Below are positions 10,047-18,455 of a stretch of 59,973 bases of DNA, piece by piece. Source of the DNA: Hormoscilla sp. SP12CHS1 (lineage in GTDB: Bacteria; Cyanobacteriota; Cyanobacteriia; Cyanobacteriales; Desertifilaceae); contig JACOMV010000017.1 in assembly GCA_014324065.1 (NCBI GenBank), positions 1 through 59,973 of the forward strand. Reading direction: 5' to 3'. Made by a program: the position numbers and the translations under genes. The notes under the pieces are model-generated. The model was not told the DNA's origin and searched no databases. It saw only the letters and a program-made list of their open reading frames with translations. The first letter of the stretch is position 1, and each line of letters starts with the position of its first letter.

Positions 10047-11681
10047 TTAATTACAAAGGCTTTGGGCGCTAAAGCGCAACAACCAACTCTCAGACTCTGG
10101 GTCTTCCTCAACTCCAACCTCTTCGGGCTGAGTTTCTTGCTCTTCGTCAGCTTCCTCTTCCTCTTCTTGCTCCTTTTGTTCCTGTAACAGCTGTTTCACC
10201 CGTGCTTGGATCTGGGCATGTCGTTCCACCCCTTCATAAGCATAGCGGTTGTAGCCGTTGCGAATAATCACAGCCTCCAGATTTTCCACCCTTGCTGAGG
10301 TGTCGGGGTGAGTAGAAAGCCAAGGGGGAGGAGATGGTCGATCTTCATTGTCCAGGGCTACCATCAGGTTTCGCATCCCATCAGCGGCATAGTCCGAAGA
10401 AGCCAGGATGCGAGTCCCCACTATATCTGCTTGTCGTTCCATATCCCGACTGTAGCTGAATACTAACAGACGAGAGGCGATGCCGGAGGCATAGGGGATA
10501 TACTGAACTACATTAGAGGTGAGGCTGCCCTTGGTGACTAATTGAAATCCGTGGGAGAGGACGACATGGGAAAGTTCGTGAGCTAGCAAACCTGCTAATT
10601 CCGCTTCTGACTTGGTTTTGACGATCGCACCAGCATTGACAAAGATTTTCCCGCCCGGTAGAGCAAAGGCATTGAGATTTTCATCCAGGACGACGTAAAA
10701 TTCATATTCAAAGTCATCCCGCCCGATCAGTTGAGCCAGTTTCTCTCCCATCTCGCCCACATACTCCAACACTTCTTCATCTTCTACCATCGGCAGCCGT
10801 TTCAGAAGTCGCTTGGCCAGCTTTTCTCCTACACCTGATTCCCCTCGGAGCAATAGCAGGGTAGTTTCTAAAGCGGAGAGGGGACCAAAAATGTTGCCCG
10901 TGAGGGCGTAACCCAGGGTTCCTACCACCGCGTTGCCGATCGCATTTCCCCGCACCCTTCTTCTCAGATGCAACTTAAACCGTTCCAGATGATCGTCTGC
11001 CAGCTGGGTAAACTCGGCGGCTAAGGGATGTTCCGGGTTCAGCAGGGCAAATTCTCGTGCCGTCAGGGAAGCATCTAACCAGTTTTCCGATGCTGCCTGG
11101 GCAGCAATTGTAGCTCTGAGTAAATCAACTCGATTTGGATAGCGTTGAAGCGCCCGTTCCAGCACCTGTAATGCTTCATCAGAACGATTATCATCTGCGA
11201 GTGCCGCCGCTAGATGCAGATGGCCGGGGATAAATTGGGGATATTGCTCGACTAGGAGCCTGAGGGGCACGAAGATCCTTGTTTCCAGTCCCCGTGCTAA
11301 CCCCGCCTGATACTCGCGCCAGTAAACTTTCCCAGCTGGTGAGAGTTCTGCCGGGTCTTTGATTAGTTTTGGCGGCGACTGTATATTTGCTTGCTCAGTC
11401 TCTCGATCGAAGGGGGGTTTTGCTTGCCGATATAGCTGTTCTGCTGCCTCAAGAGAGCCCTCCTGATACAGCTTGTCGGCTTCAGCTAAGGTCTGATAGC
11501 GCTGAATTTCTTCCGGACTGGGGGTTGCTTCCCCGAGTTCGGAGTCAGCTTCGGACTCTTCAGCTGGGGAAGGGGTCGGACTCTCTATACTGGGTTCTGG
11601 TTGAGCCAGTACCGTAGAGATGGGCAGCAATGTCAAAGCCCCGATGGAGGCCGAAAGCAGTAAATTCCGTAATTGTCCCAT
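10047..11681 (-). CDS. M48-family Zn metalloprotease with TPR-like N-terminal region
   Basis: Signal peptide, HELSHVVLSH (HExxH) and an acidic low-complexity C-terminus. Confidence 0.8.
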   Translation of the reverse strand: MGQLRNLLLSASIGALTLLPISTVLAQPEPSIESPTPSPAEESEADSELGEATPSPEEIQRYQTLAEADKLYQEGSLEAAEQLYRQAKPPFDRETEQANIQSPPKLIKDPAELSPAGKVYWREYQAGLARGLETRIFVPLRLLVEQYPQFIPGHLHLAAALADDNRSDEALQVLERALQRYPNRVDLLRATIAAQAASENWLDASLTAREFALLNPEHPLAAEFTQLADDHLERFKLHLRRRVRGNAIGNAVVGTLGYALTGNIFGPLSALETTLLLLRGESGVGEKLAKRLLKRLPMVEDEEVLEYVGEMGEKLAQLIGRDDFEYEFYVVLDENLNAFALPGGKIFVNAGAIVKTKSEAELAGLLAHELSHVVLSHGFQLVTKGSLTSNVVQYIPYASGIASRLLVFSYSRDMERQADIVGTRILASSDYAADGMRNLMVALDNEDRPSPPPWLSTHPDTSARVENLEAVIIRNGYNRYAYEGVERHAQIQARVKQLLQEQKEQEEEEEADEEQETQPEEVGVEEDPESESWLLRFSAQSLCN

Positions 11682-11762
11682 AGGTCAGATACTTGTGGGA
11701 AATAGGCATCACCTGCACCTCAAGGATAACTATTTGAGGGCGGTTGCGCCCAATGATTGCTC

Positions 11763-11820
11763 TTGACAGATAGGATAAAAATTTATTAGATTATATTATA
11801 TTATATTATAATATAATCTA
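11763..11820 (+). promoter_or_regulatory. Sigma70-like promoter (TTGACA) overlapping a perfect 13-bp inverted repeat
   Basis: TTGACA at 11763-11768, 17-nt spacer, then TTAGAT/TAGATT. TAGATTATATTAT-N8-ATAATATAATCTA at 11787-11820, 12 bp upstream of the TM2 gene start. Confidence 0.45.
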
Positions 11821-11832
11821 TCAACTAAGGCA

Positions 11833-12333
11833 ATGAATCAAGTTAGTACTAGCTATCTACTTTGGCTCGGTTGCTTGTTCGGGGTTACTGGGCTGCATCA
11901 CATTTATAACAAAAAGTTTGCCACAGGTATCTTGTGGCTCTGTACTGGCGGCTTATTGGGCATCGGGCAGTTTATAGATTTGTTCTTGATTTCTGCTATG
12001 GTCGAAGAGCACAATATGAGAGCCGAGTTTAGAGCCAAACATATCTTGTCCCCAACTGGCGTACCGATCGAGCAGAAGGCTGTGGCCCAGCAGGTAGTGA
12101 CTAAAGCTCCCCCAGCAATGCCCACCCGGGAGCAGCTGATGGTGAAACTTCTCAAGGCTGCTGAGGCCCGGGGGGGGAAATTATCTGTCACCCAGGGGGT
12201 GATGGAAACTGGGGTGGGCTTTAGTGAAGTGGAATCCGTTTTGCTAGAAATGGTCCAAGCTGGTTATGTTAGCATGGGCAATCACCTGGATACGGGTATT
12301 GTCATTTACGAATTCCACGAGTTGCAAGGTTAA
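11833..12333 (+). CDS. TM2 domain-containing membrane protein
   Basis: YLLWLGCLFGVTGLHHIYNKKFATGILWLCTGGLLGIGQFIDL matches the TM2 pattern. Confidence 0.7.
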   Translation: MNQVSTSYLLWLGCLFGVTGLHHIYNKKFATGILWLCTGGLLGIGQFIDLFLISAMVEEHNMRAEFRAKHILSPTGVPIEQKAVAQQVVTKAPPAMPTREQLMVKLLKAAEARGGKLSVTQGVMETGVGFSEVESVLLEMVQAGYVSMGNHLDTGIVIYEFHELQG

Positions 12334-12761
12334 TTTAAGGCCAGCCATTTTTGACCGTTGAGCCGCTGTAGCACCCCAAACACCAGCAAGTCTAGGGTAA
12401 TCTTCCGCTCGTCAATTAAGAATGGTTCTAGGGTAGCTGGCTTGCTGCCCCCCATAGCGTAGGAAAAGGCTCGCTCTGCTTTAATGTCTTCTTTGAGGAA
12501 GTAGACGTTAAACTGGCGATCGACCCAGTTGCCAATCACTTGCCAACACTCGGGCTCTTTCTCCAGACCTCGAATGGGAATTTTTTGCTTGACAAACTTG
12601 AGATCTAATTTAGAAATTCCTTGACCTGCCAGTTTTGTCTCTAAGGCGGGCAGGTAATGCTGCCCGATAAACTCAGCAAAGGGCTTGTCTTCCAGTGCGG
12701 GTGGCTTGGGTTTTTTGCCAGCAGGCTTTGACGCGGGCTTTTGCTCTGTTTCTTCTGCCAT
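12330..12761 (-). CDS. Conserved cyanobacterial protein (DUF2996-like, family name from memory)
   Basis: Lys/Pro-rich N-terminus, FLIDERKITLDLLV and QRLNGQKWLALN C-terminus. Confidence 0.5.
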   Translation of the reverse strand: MAEETEQKPASKPAGKKPKPPALEDKPFAEFIGQHYLPALETKLAGQGISKLDLKFVKQKIPIRGLEKEPECWQVIGNWVDRQFNVYFLKEDIKAERAFSYAMGGSKPATLEPFLIDERKITLDLLVFGVLQRLNGQKWLALN

Positions 12762-12836
12762 TGTAATGGTGAATCCTTGTCTAATCTGGGCTTGTACTCG
12801 TGCAATTGAAATGCAATTGAAAGTTTACAGATCTGG

Positions 12837-13418
12837 CTACATCTTAACTCCAGACCCAGAGGCTAGCTGTTCTATCTGAGTAACCACCCGGTCTAATTCT
12901 TCTACCAGAGGGATTGATGCTGCTGCGCGCAATGCTTCTACCAGGCTCCGGTAATACCAGAGGGTTCCGGCCTTGCGGCCAGCGAAAAGCTGCCAGAGCT
13001 CCTCTCCCAACACCCGATAATCTTTGAGTACCGACCTAGCATTATACAGTTTATCGGCTGCTGTCACCAGTCGCACCGAGGCTGAGGCGGTGGGAATGCT
13101 AGCAATATAGGCTTCTTTGCGCTGTCGCCAGGGGGGTTTAGGGATGCTGTCAGCATCCGTGCATCCATCCACAATGGCCGTGACGGCATCTCCAAACTGG
13201 CGGCGAATTTCTTCTCTAATCGGGGCACCCCCTTGGTCTTCGATGGCATCGTGGAGTAAGGCGGCGATCGCCTCTGTTTCATTGGCTCCATATTCTAGGG
13301 CAATACTGGCGGTGCCTAACAAATGCGCAATATAGGGAACGCCCGAACCCTTACGCTTCTGGGTAGCGTGCAGTTGAGCGGCAAAGGTGAGGGCTTCGAT
13401 AAACTTTTCTGAGAGCAT
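12837..13418 (-). CDS. HD-domain phosphohydrolase (SpoT-hydrolase-like)
   Basis: AAQLHATQKRKGSGVPYIAHLLG...ALLHDAIED motif block. Confidence 0.75.
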   Translation of the reverse strand: MLSEKFIEALTFAAQLHATQKRKGSGVPYIAHLLGTASIALEYGANETEAIAALLHDAIEDQGGAPIREEIRRQFGDAVTAIVDGCTDADSIPKPPWRQRKEAYIASIPTASASVRLVTAADKLYNARSVLKDYRVLGEELWQLFAGRKAGTLWYYRSLVEALRAAASIPLVEELDRVVTQIEQLASGSGVKM

Positions 13419-13449
13419 GTTCGGACTCTGGTGATTGGTGATTTATGAC

Positions 13450-13826
13450 GGGTGTGGTCAAAACCCGTTGGTAGCCCGAACCCTAAAGGGCCCGGCTACA
13501 TGAACAAAGTGCTCCTCTCCGCATGCTCTCCTCTCCGCATGCTCTCCTCTCCGCATGCTCTCCTCTCCGCATGCTCTCCTCTCCTGCCGAACCTTTGTTT
13601 TTTCGCGGTCCCTATACGAACTTCTGGTCTGGCTCCGGGATGCGCTGCCGCTCTCGCTCCTGCCGAACCTTTGTTTTTTCGCGGTCCCTATACGAACTTC
13701 TGGTCTGGCTATGCGCTGCGCGTCCCGTGAGGGCGCCTGCGCGGGCTATTTTACATGCATCGGGCAGCGGAGGGTTCGTTACCCGGGGAGCTGGCACCCA
13801 GCTATCAACTACTTTTGACCACACCC
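13450..13826. mobile_element. MITE-like element (family C), 377 bp, with a 9-bp target-site duplication
   Basis: Ends GGGTGTGGTCAAAACCCGTTGGTAGC and the inverted GCTATCAACTACTTTTGACCACACCC. Exact direct repeat ATTTATGAC at 13441-13449 and 13827-13835. Interior is made of nested repeats only. Confidence 0.8.
13511..13710 (+). repeat. Internal tandem repeats of the MITE: 16-bp unit about 4.5 times, then two 52-bp units
   Basis: GCTCTCCTCTCCGCAT units from 13511 to about 13583. CCTGCCGAACCTTTGTTTTTTCGCGGTCCCTATACGAACTTCTGGTCTGGCT at 13583-13634 and 13659-13710. They split a family-A copy (left part 13475-13509, right part 13733-13747). Confidence 0.8.
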
Positions 13827-14011
13827 ATTTATGACTGGTGTGAGTGGGCTAGGAGACCGGGAAATGGTACTCAGAGATTTGAGAGACTCGTTTCCTTGCC
13901 GACGGGGAACGAGGAAACCACTCACTGCCTCTTGCCTCTGGTCTCTTGCTTGCCACTGAATGCTAACGCGCAATACTACGGATGCAATTGCGCAGCACCA
14001 GGAGAGGACGC

Positions 14012-14359
14012 TCAACTTTCGGCTACAGAGGACTTCTGATTTCCCGTCTCATTTTGTACATTCCGTTTCGGCCTTCCGGGCTTGCCCTTGTGTTCCTGGT
14101 TGATTGACTTTTTGCTTGCTTCTGCTAATTGTTCTGGCGTACATCGGAATAAATTCAATGCTTCTAAGTATTTATGCGGTGTCATAGTCGGTTCGGTCCG
14201 GCCCCTTTCCCAATTGCGCACGCTAGTTTCACTTACTCCCAGCTTATATGCTACTTCAGTACGAGAAAGATCGGCACACTCTCTGAGCTCTTGCATATCC
14301 ATACCTGCAATACTCCCTTTCAAATCTCTATATTCTATTTTATCAAGAACTTGATGCAT
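14012..14359 (-). CDS. XRE-family helix-turn-helix transcriptional regulator
   Basis: LSRTEVAYKLGVSETSVRNWERGRTEP is a classic HTH_3 motif. The true start may be the internal MDMQELRE. Confidence 0.8.
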   Translation of the reverse strand: MHQVLDKIEYRDLKGSIAGMDMQELRECADLSRTEVAYKLGVSETSVRNWERGRTEPTMTPHKYLEALNLFRCTPEQLAEASKKSINQEHKGKPGRPKRNVQNETGNQKSSVAES

Positions 14360-14387
14360 AGGACATAGCGATCGGAAATTTGCTTAG

Positions 14388-14403
14388 TTGTCACCGGTGA
14401 CAA
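14388..14403. promoter_or_regulatory. Perfect 16-bp palindrome TTGTCACCGGTGACAA, candidate operator
   Basis: Lies 29 bp upstream of the XRE ORF start. Confidence 0.45.
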
Positions 14404-14564
14404 GTTGAGGCCCTAGGGGGCGATCGGCTGTCTTGGGGGCTTGACTGGCGGCCATTTGGGATTGTATAGTCAAGGTCAAGGATGAAGAACGTCAGGAGGG
14501 AAAGATTATTCCTACAGCAGCCCAGGCATTGAAATGCTTTATTATATGCTATGATTTGACAAAG

Positions 14565-14690
14565 ATGTACGTGCAGATTTATCTCGTGCGGATTGACGAA
14601 CGCATGGACAACATTGTCATCTTAGCAGGGGAAGAAATAGAACTAGAGATCGACCGTAATGGCGAGTTAGTGGATAAGTATGAAACCTAA
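14565..14690 (+). CDS. Small hypothetical protein (41 aa), overlaps the next ORF by 11 nt
   Basis: ATG MYVQIYLVRIDERMDNIVILAGEEIELEIDRNGELVDKYET stop. Below the ORF-track cutoff. Its 3-prime end is duplicated at 15179. Confidence 0.35.
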   Translation: MYVQIYLVRIDERMDNIVILAGEEIELEIDRNGELVDKYET

Positions 14691-14943
14691 TTTCCAAACG
14701 ATGACCAAAAAGGAACTACGGGCCTACGTACTTGCTCATCGAGATGATGACGAAGCTTTCTATGCTTATGTAGACAATATCCATGAAGCGAATGCAGTTA
14801 TCTATGATGCAGTTTTTGAGTGGTTCCAGAAAAGTAACCCCCATGAATCTGTTACTAAGATTCCGTCAAAATCATCTTGGTTTATCCTGAAAGATGCCCA
14901 GGGCAATAAAATGGGCGTTAACGTGCAAATCATGCAGTTTTAA
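14680..14943 (+). CDS. Small cyanobacterial protein with the MTKKELRAYVLAHRDDDEAFYAYVD motif
   Basis: 87-aa ORF. I recall this N-terminal motif as a recurrent small cyanobacterial family, but the family name is uncertain. Confidence 0.5.
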   Translation: MKPNFQTMTKKELRAYVLAHRDDDEAFYAYVDNIHEANAVIYDAVFEWFQKSNPHESVTKIPSKSSWFILKDAQGNKMGVNVQIMQF

Positions 14944-14985
14944 TTACCGAAGTATCAGCCATTCATTGAGATTATAATTGATGAG

Positions 14986-15186
14986 TTGATTAATAAGTGG
15001 GACAGGAGAAAATTAAATAGTTATATGATGGTGTTTTTGGGAGAAAATGAAACAGAAGCTATTCGCTTAGAGAGAGACTTGACTGAGGTAAATTTTGACA
15101 GTCGGACCCAATCTTACCATATGGTGGGGTATATTACTCCCGAGGGTAAGTTCCAGAGGGCGTCGCAGGGCGATCGGGTGAGTTAG
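14986..15186 (+). CDS. Hypothetical small protein (66 aa)
   Basis: ORF only. It occupies the position equivalent to the 41-aa ORF, upstream of the decayed duplicate at 15179-15316. Confidence 0.3.
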   Translation: MINKWDRRKLNSYMMVFLGENETEAIRLERDLTEVNFDSRTQSYHMVGYITPEGKFQRASQGDRVS

Positions 15187-15316
15187 TGGATAAGTATAAA
15201 ACCTAATTTCCAAAGGATGACCAAAAAGGAACTACGCACTTGCTTGCTCATCAAGACGAAGCTTTCTATGCTTATGTAGACAAGATGCATGAAGCGAAGG
15301 CAGTTGTCTATAATTC
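15179..15316 (+). pseudogene. Decayed duplicate of the 14661-14812 segment (MTKKELR... gene with deletions)
   Basis: Nucleotide alignment GAGTTAGTGGATAAGTATrAAACCTAATTTCCAAAsGATGACCAAAAAGGAACTACG... Internal deletions break the frame (MTKKELRTCLLIKTKLSMLM-stop). Confidence 0.6.
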
Positions 15317-15497
15317 TTCAATTCTTTAATCTCTAATCTAAAATCTCTTGGACCGACGTTCTAGAGCGTAGGTCCTAAAGGCGACTTGACAAATTCAAAG
15401 AGCTGTGCATCAAAAGAAAATCGACGCTGTCTCCGGACTCACTGGTAGGTGTTGCCGGACCCCTCTAAGAGCTCCCTGCTCAGAGCTCCCTGCTCTT

Positions 15498-16319
15498 CTA
15501 CTGGACCGACGTTCTAGAGAGTGGCAATTCCAATTGGAGGCAGCTAATACGTTTTCTCGCAATCTCGCAGTATTCTTGACTAATCTCAATACCTATAAAA
15601 TTTCTGTCAAGTTGTCGTGCCACCTTACATGTCGTGCCACTCCCGCACATCGGATCGAGAATTAGATTGCCTTTGTTTGACCAAGAATAGATATGATCTC
15701 TAGCCAATTCACAAAGAAATGGCGCAGGGTGACCTTTAGCTTCTTGGTCTTCGAGTTTCTTCCCAACTACATACTCCCAGATATTTCCCTTGATTTTCTG
15801 GTCTTTGACCGGCTTCGCCATTTTGGCTCTTTTTTGCTCGTGCTTTGAATAATTCTTGTATGTCGTACCATTCAGTTCGAGTCCAGCATGTAAGCAGTCC
15901 ACCATTAACGGATTATGCGTTGCCACTTGTCCCTTACTGAAAACGAACATGTATTCAAATTCATTGTTATATCTACGTCTGTAGATTTGCGGTATGGGAT
16001 TCTTCTTTTTGAATATCATAGTATCATGGAGTTTGAAACCAATTTCCTTGAAAAATAATGCCTGCTTGAAGCTTGTTCCCGTTTCGCTACCATCGATAGT
16101 GGCATCTCCAACAACCCAAACAACCACGCCGCCATTCTTAACTACGCGGTATATTTCCCTCGCTATGTCCTCAAAAGGAAATACATATCCTTTGTAGTTT
16201 CTCAGATTGTCGTAAGGCGGGGATGTAAGAACCATATCTATGGCTCCCTTCTCGAATTTTTTCATAACTTCCAGGCAATCTCCTCGTAAGATTTTGTTGA
16301 TAAATTCCGCAACAGCCAT
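15498..16319 (-). CDS. Beta-class DNA methyltransferase (N6-adenine or N4-cytosine)
   Basis: Motif IV TSPPYDNL near the N-terminus, GHPAPF, and motif I DPMCGSGTTCKVA near the C-terminus. 47 bp downstream of the REase-like gene. Confidence 0.85.
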   Translation of the reverse strand: MAVAEFINKILRGDCLEVMKKFEKGAIDMVLTSPPYDNLRNYKGYVFPFEDIAREIYRVVKNGGVVVWVVGDATIDGSETGTSFKQALFFKEIGFKLHDTMIFKKKNPIPQIYRRRYNNEFEYMFVFSKGQVATHNPLMVDCLHAGLELNGTTYKNYSKHEQKRAKMAKPVKDQKIKGNIWEYVVGKKLEDQEAKGHPAPFLCELARDHIYSWSNKGNLILDPMCGSGTTCKVARQLDRNFIGIEISQEYCEIARKRISCLQLELPLSRTSVQ

Positions 16320-16366
16320 AACTACCTCATTTCAAGAATTTCGTTGTACGTGACCGAATTTATAAC

Positions 16367-17241
16367 TTATGTTCGCTTGTCAATTCTATGAAATTTGACA
16401 AGTTCTTGTAAAGCTTCTTCATAGCTCATTCGCATTATCTTTTCTCTTTCTTGCGCGAGAAATGTGAGAGCTTCTTCTTTTGCTACTACAATAGACTCTA
16501 CTGCCGCTTGCTTTTCCTCTTTCCATAGACATTCTATTTGATTGGATAATTCAAGCATTTTCCTATTTACTACTAGCCAATAATAAGAAGCATCTTTTGA
16601 AGGATTTAATGTCGAAATTGTTTTGAATATCTCGTGAATAATATCTTCAGTCTTTAGCTTACCCTCAAGCAGAGAAAAACGAACCACCACAGCAAGATGT
16701 GAGTAGGTAAATACGCACACATTTCGAGTGCTAGCCTGTTCGTATATTTGGCTGGATTTGCTGGGCAATTGGTGAATTGGAGCGACTAACATCGCATAGG
16801 GTTTACCTCGCTTCCAGCGATCCATCGTTTGAACTTTGAAATCCTTTTGATTTTTAGCCGTTCTGCTAAGTCTAAAAGACTTTGTATCTGCTACAAAACT
16901 GTAGTATTTTGCAAACACTTCCACATCCGCAGCATCTCCTCTTTCTTTCAAAACGATACTCTTTAGACCTACAGCTTTGAATGCCTCATCCAGCAGGCAG
17001 TCTGTATATTTTGCATATAATTTTTCTTCACTCGAATCATAATCATAAGACTCTGGAATATTTCCACAAAGACGCAAATGGTCGATCAGGGCTGACGCTC
17101 CCGATTTTTTTACTTCATCACTAAGTTTTTTGGCTAGCCGATCGGATCGGAATCTTCGCCGAAGTTTCCACTCAGCTTGTTAATTTCTTCAACCCAGTAG
17201 GTTCGTCTGGCGATCGCCGCTTTAGTTATGAGTTTTTTCAT
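16367..17241 (-). pseudogene. HindIII-family type II restriction endonuclease, frameshifted by a 5-bp tandem duplication
   Basis: ADTKSFRLSRTAKNQKDFKV...YAMLVAP closely resembles the R.HindIII core as I recall it. ATG at 17241 opens a 35-codon frame ending at 17134-17136. Removing one copy of ATCGG at 17141-17150 joins it to the 236-aa ORF. Confidence 0.7.
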
Positions 17242-17558
17242 GAATATCCTTTATAGGTAAGTCTGAGAGCAGCTACTTAAATATTGGCCCGTATTTGCGG
17301 TACAAACGCATAACATATCCATAGTACTACATCTTTTATTTATTGTCAAGAGCTACTCGACAAAAGTAGATGCGGGTCAATAACAGAGTATTATCTCATC
17401 CTACCGCATTTTGTCCATCCTGTCAAGTGTTAGTCAAAAAGATTTTGATGATTTTCCGCTTTCTGTAGTTTTCGATACAACGTCCTTTATGGTCCTAGAG
17501 GATCGCAGTTTTCCTCTTTCTACCTCTAGTCCCGAGGGTGCATCTCATGTTCGATCTC

Positions 17559-17891
17559 CTACTCGTCAGCGTTTTCACGTTCTTCATCGTCTTCATTCAC
17601 AGTGACATTCAGCTTTAATCCCATTGCGGCCAACCAATCTGCTAAGCTGAAAATTGCGGAACTTCCAGGCTTTGAGAGCAAATCCTCTAGTTTTTCCAAG
17701 TGCCGTTTAGCTGATGTTGGGGACATATTGGGTTCCCCCAGGGCCTCGAAGACATCTCTAAGTGCTAGTTTTAGCAGTCCCAGTTCCAAGTCACCCTCTT
17801 CTGCTTCTAAGATCGTCGTCAAATAGACCGCTGCGTACTTGGGGTCTTTGAGAGTTGATATTTTATAAGGATGGTAGCTTACACTAGGCAT
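17559..17891 (-). CDS. Addiction-module antidote protein (HigA-like)
   Basis: LKDPKYAAVYLTTILE...ALRDVFEALG pattern. Immediately downstream of the killer gene. Confidence 0.7.
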   Translation of the reverse strand: MPSVSYHPYKISTLKDPKYAAVYLTTILEAEEGDLELGLLKLALRDVFEALGEPNMSPTSAKRHLEKLEDLLSKPGSSAIFSLADWLAAMGLKLNVTVNEDDEERENADE

Positions 17892-17919
17892 TGTCTTGAC
17901 TCCTGTAATCTATCCAAAA

Positions 17920-18222
17920 TTATATAGCCCTACGAATATCTTGGTTTTGAGTGCTTTTATCCCCGCCACATAGCATAATAACGATCGTTGTACCCATTTG
18001 TCCAAAGTATATCCGATAGCCCGGACCATAATCGATTCTCAATTCGCAGACTCCTTCTCCTGCGGATCTGTAGTCTCCCAAGTTACCACTATTAACTCTG
18101 TCAAGCCGCTGTTTTATCTTGGCTTTGGCTTTTAGATCCCGGAGAGAATCAAACCACTCTGAAAAAGGTGTTCTCCCATCTTGTGTACTGTAAAGCCGAA
18201 TCTCCCTCGGTTGTGCTTGCAC
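17920..18222 (-). CDS. Addiction-module killer protein (RelE/HigB-like)
   Basis: TPFSEWFDSL...KIKQRLDRVNSGNLGDYRSAGEGVCELRIDYGPGYRIYF matches the addiction-module killer pattern. GTG start. Confidence 0.75.
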   Translation of the reverse strand: MQAQPREIRLYSTQDGRTPFSEWFDSLRDLKAKAKIKQRLDRVNSGNLGDYRSAGEGVCELRIDYGPGYRIYFGQMGTTIVIMLCGGDKSTQNQDIRRAI

Positions 18223-18455
18223 GATCTTATCCTAGCTGCCCAGCATTCCAATGATACACCCTGTTAACAAAATCTTAATTCCATTATAGACTGAATTTTG
18301 ATTAACCTGCCAGTAAGCATCCCAGGGCCGCCAACCAACTGATTTCAACCACCGGTTACTGGTAGGCCTGTACGTACTCACCCACCCCTGGTACGCTATA
18401 ATTGTTAAGAAATGTTTCACAATCCCAGTCTCCTGACAGACTGAGTCGCGTACCT

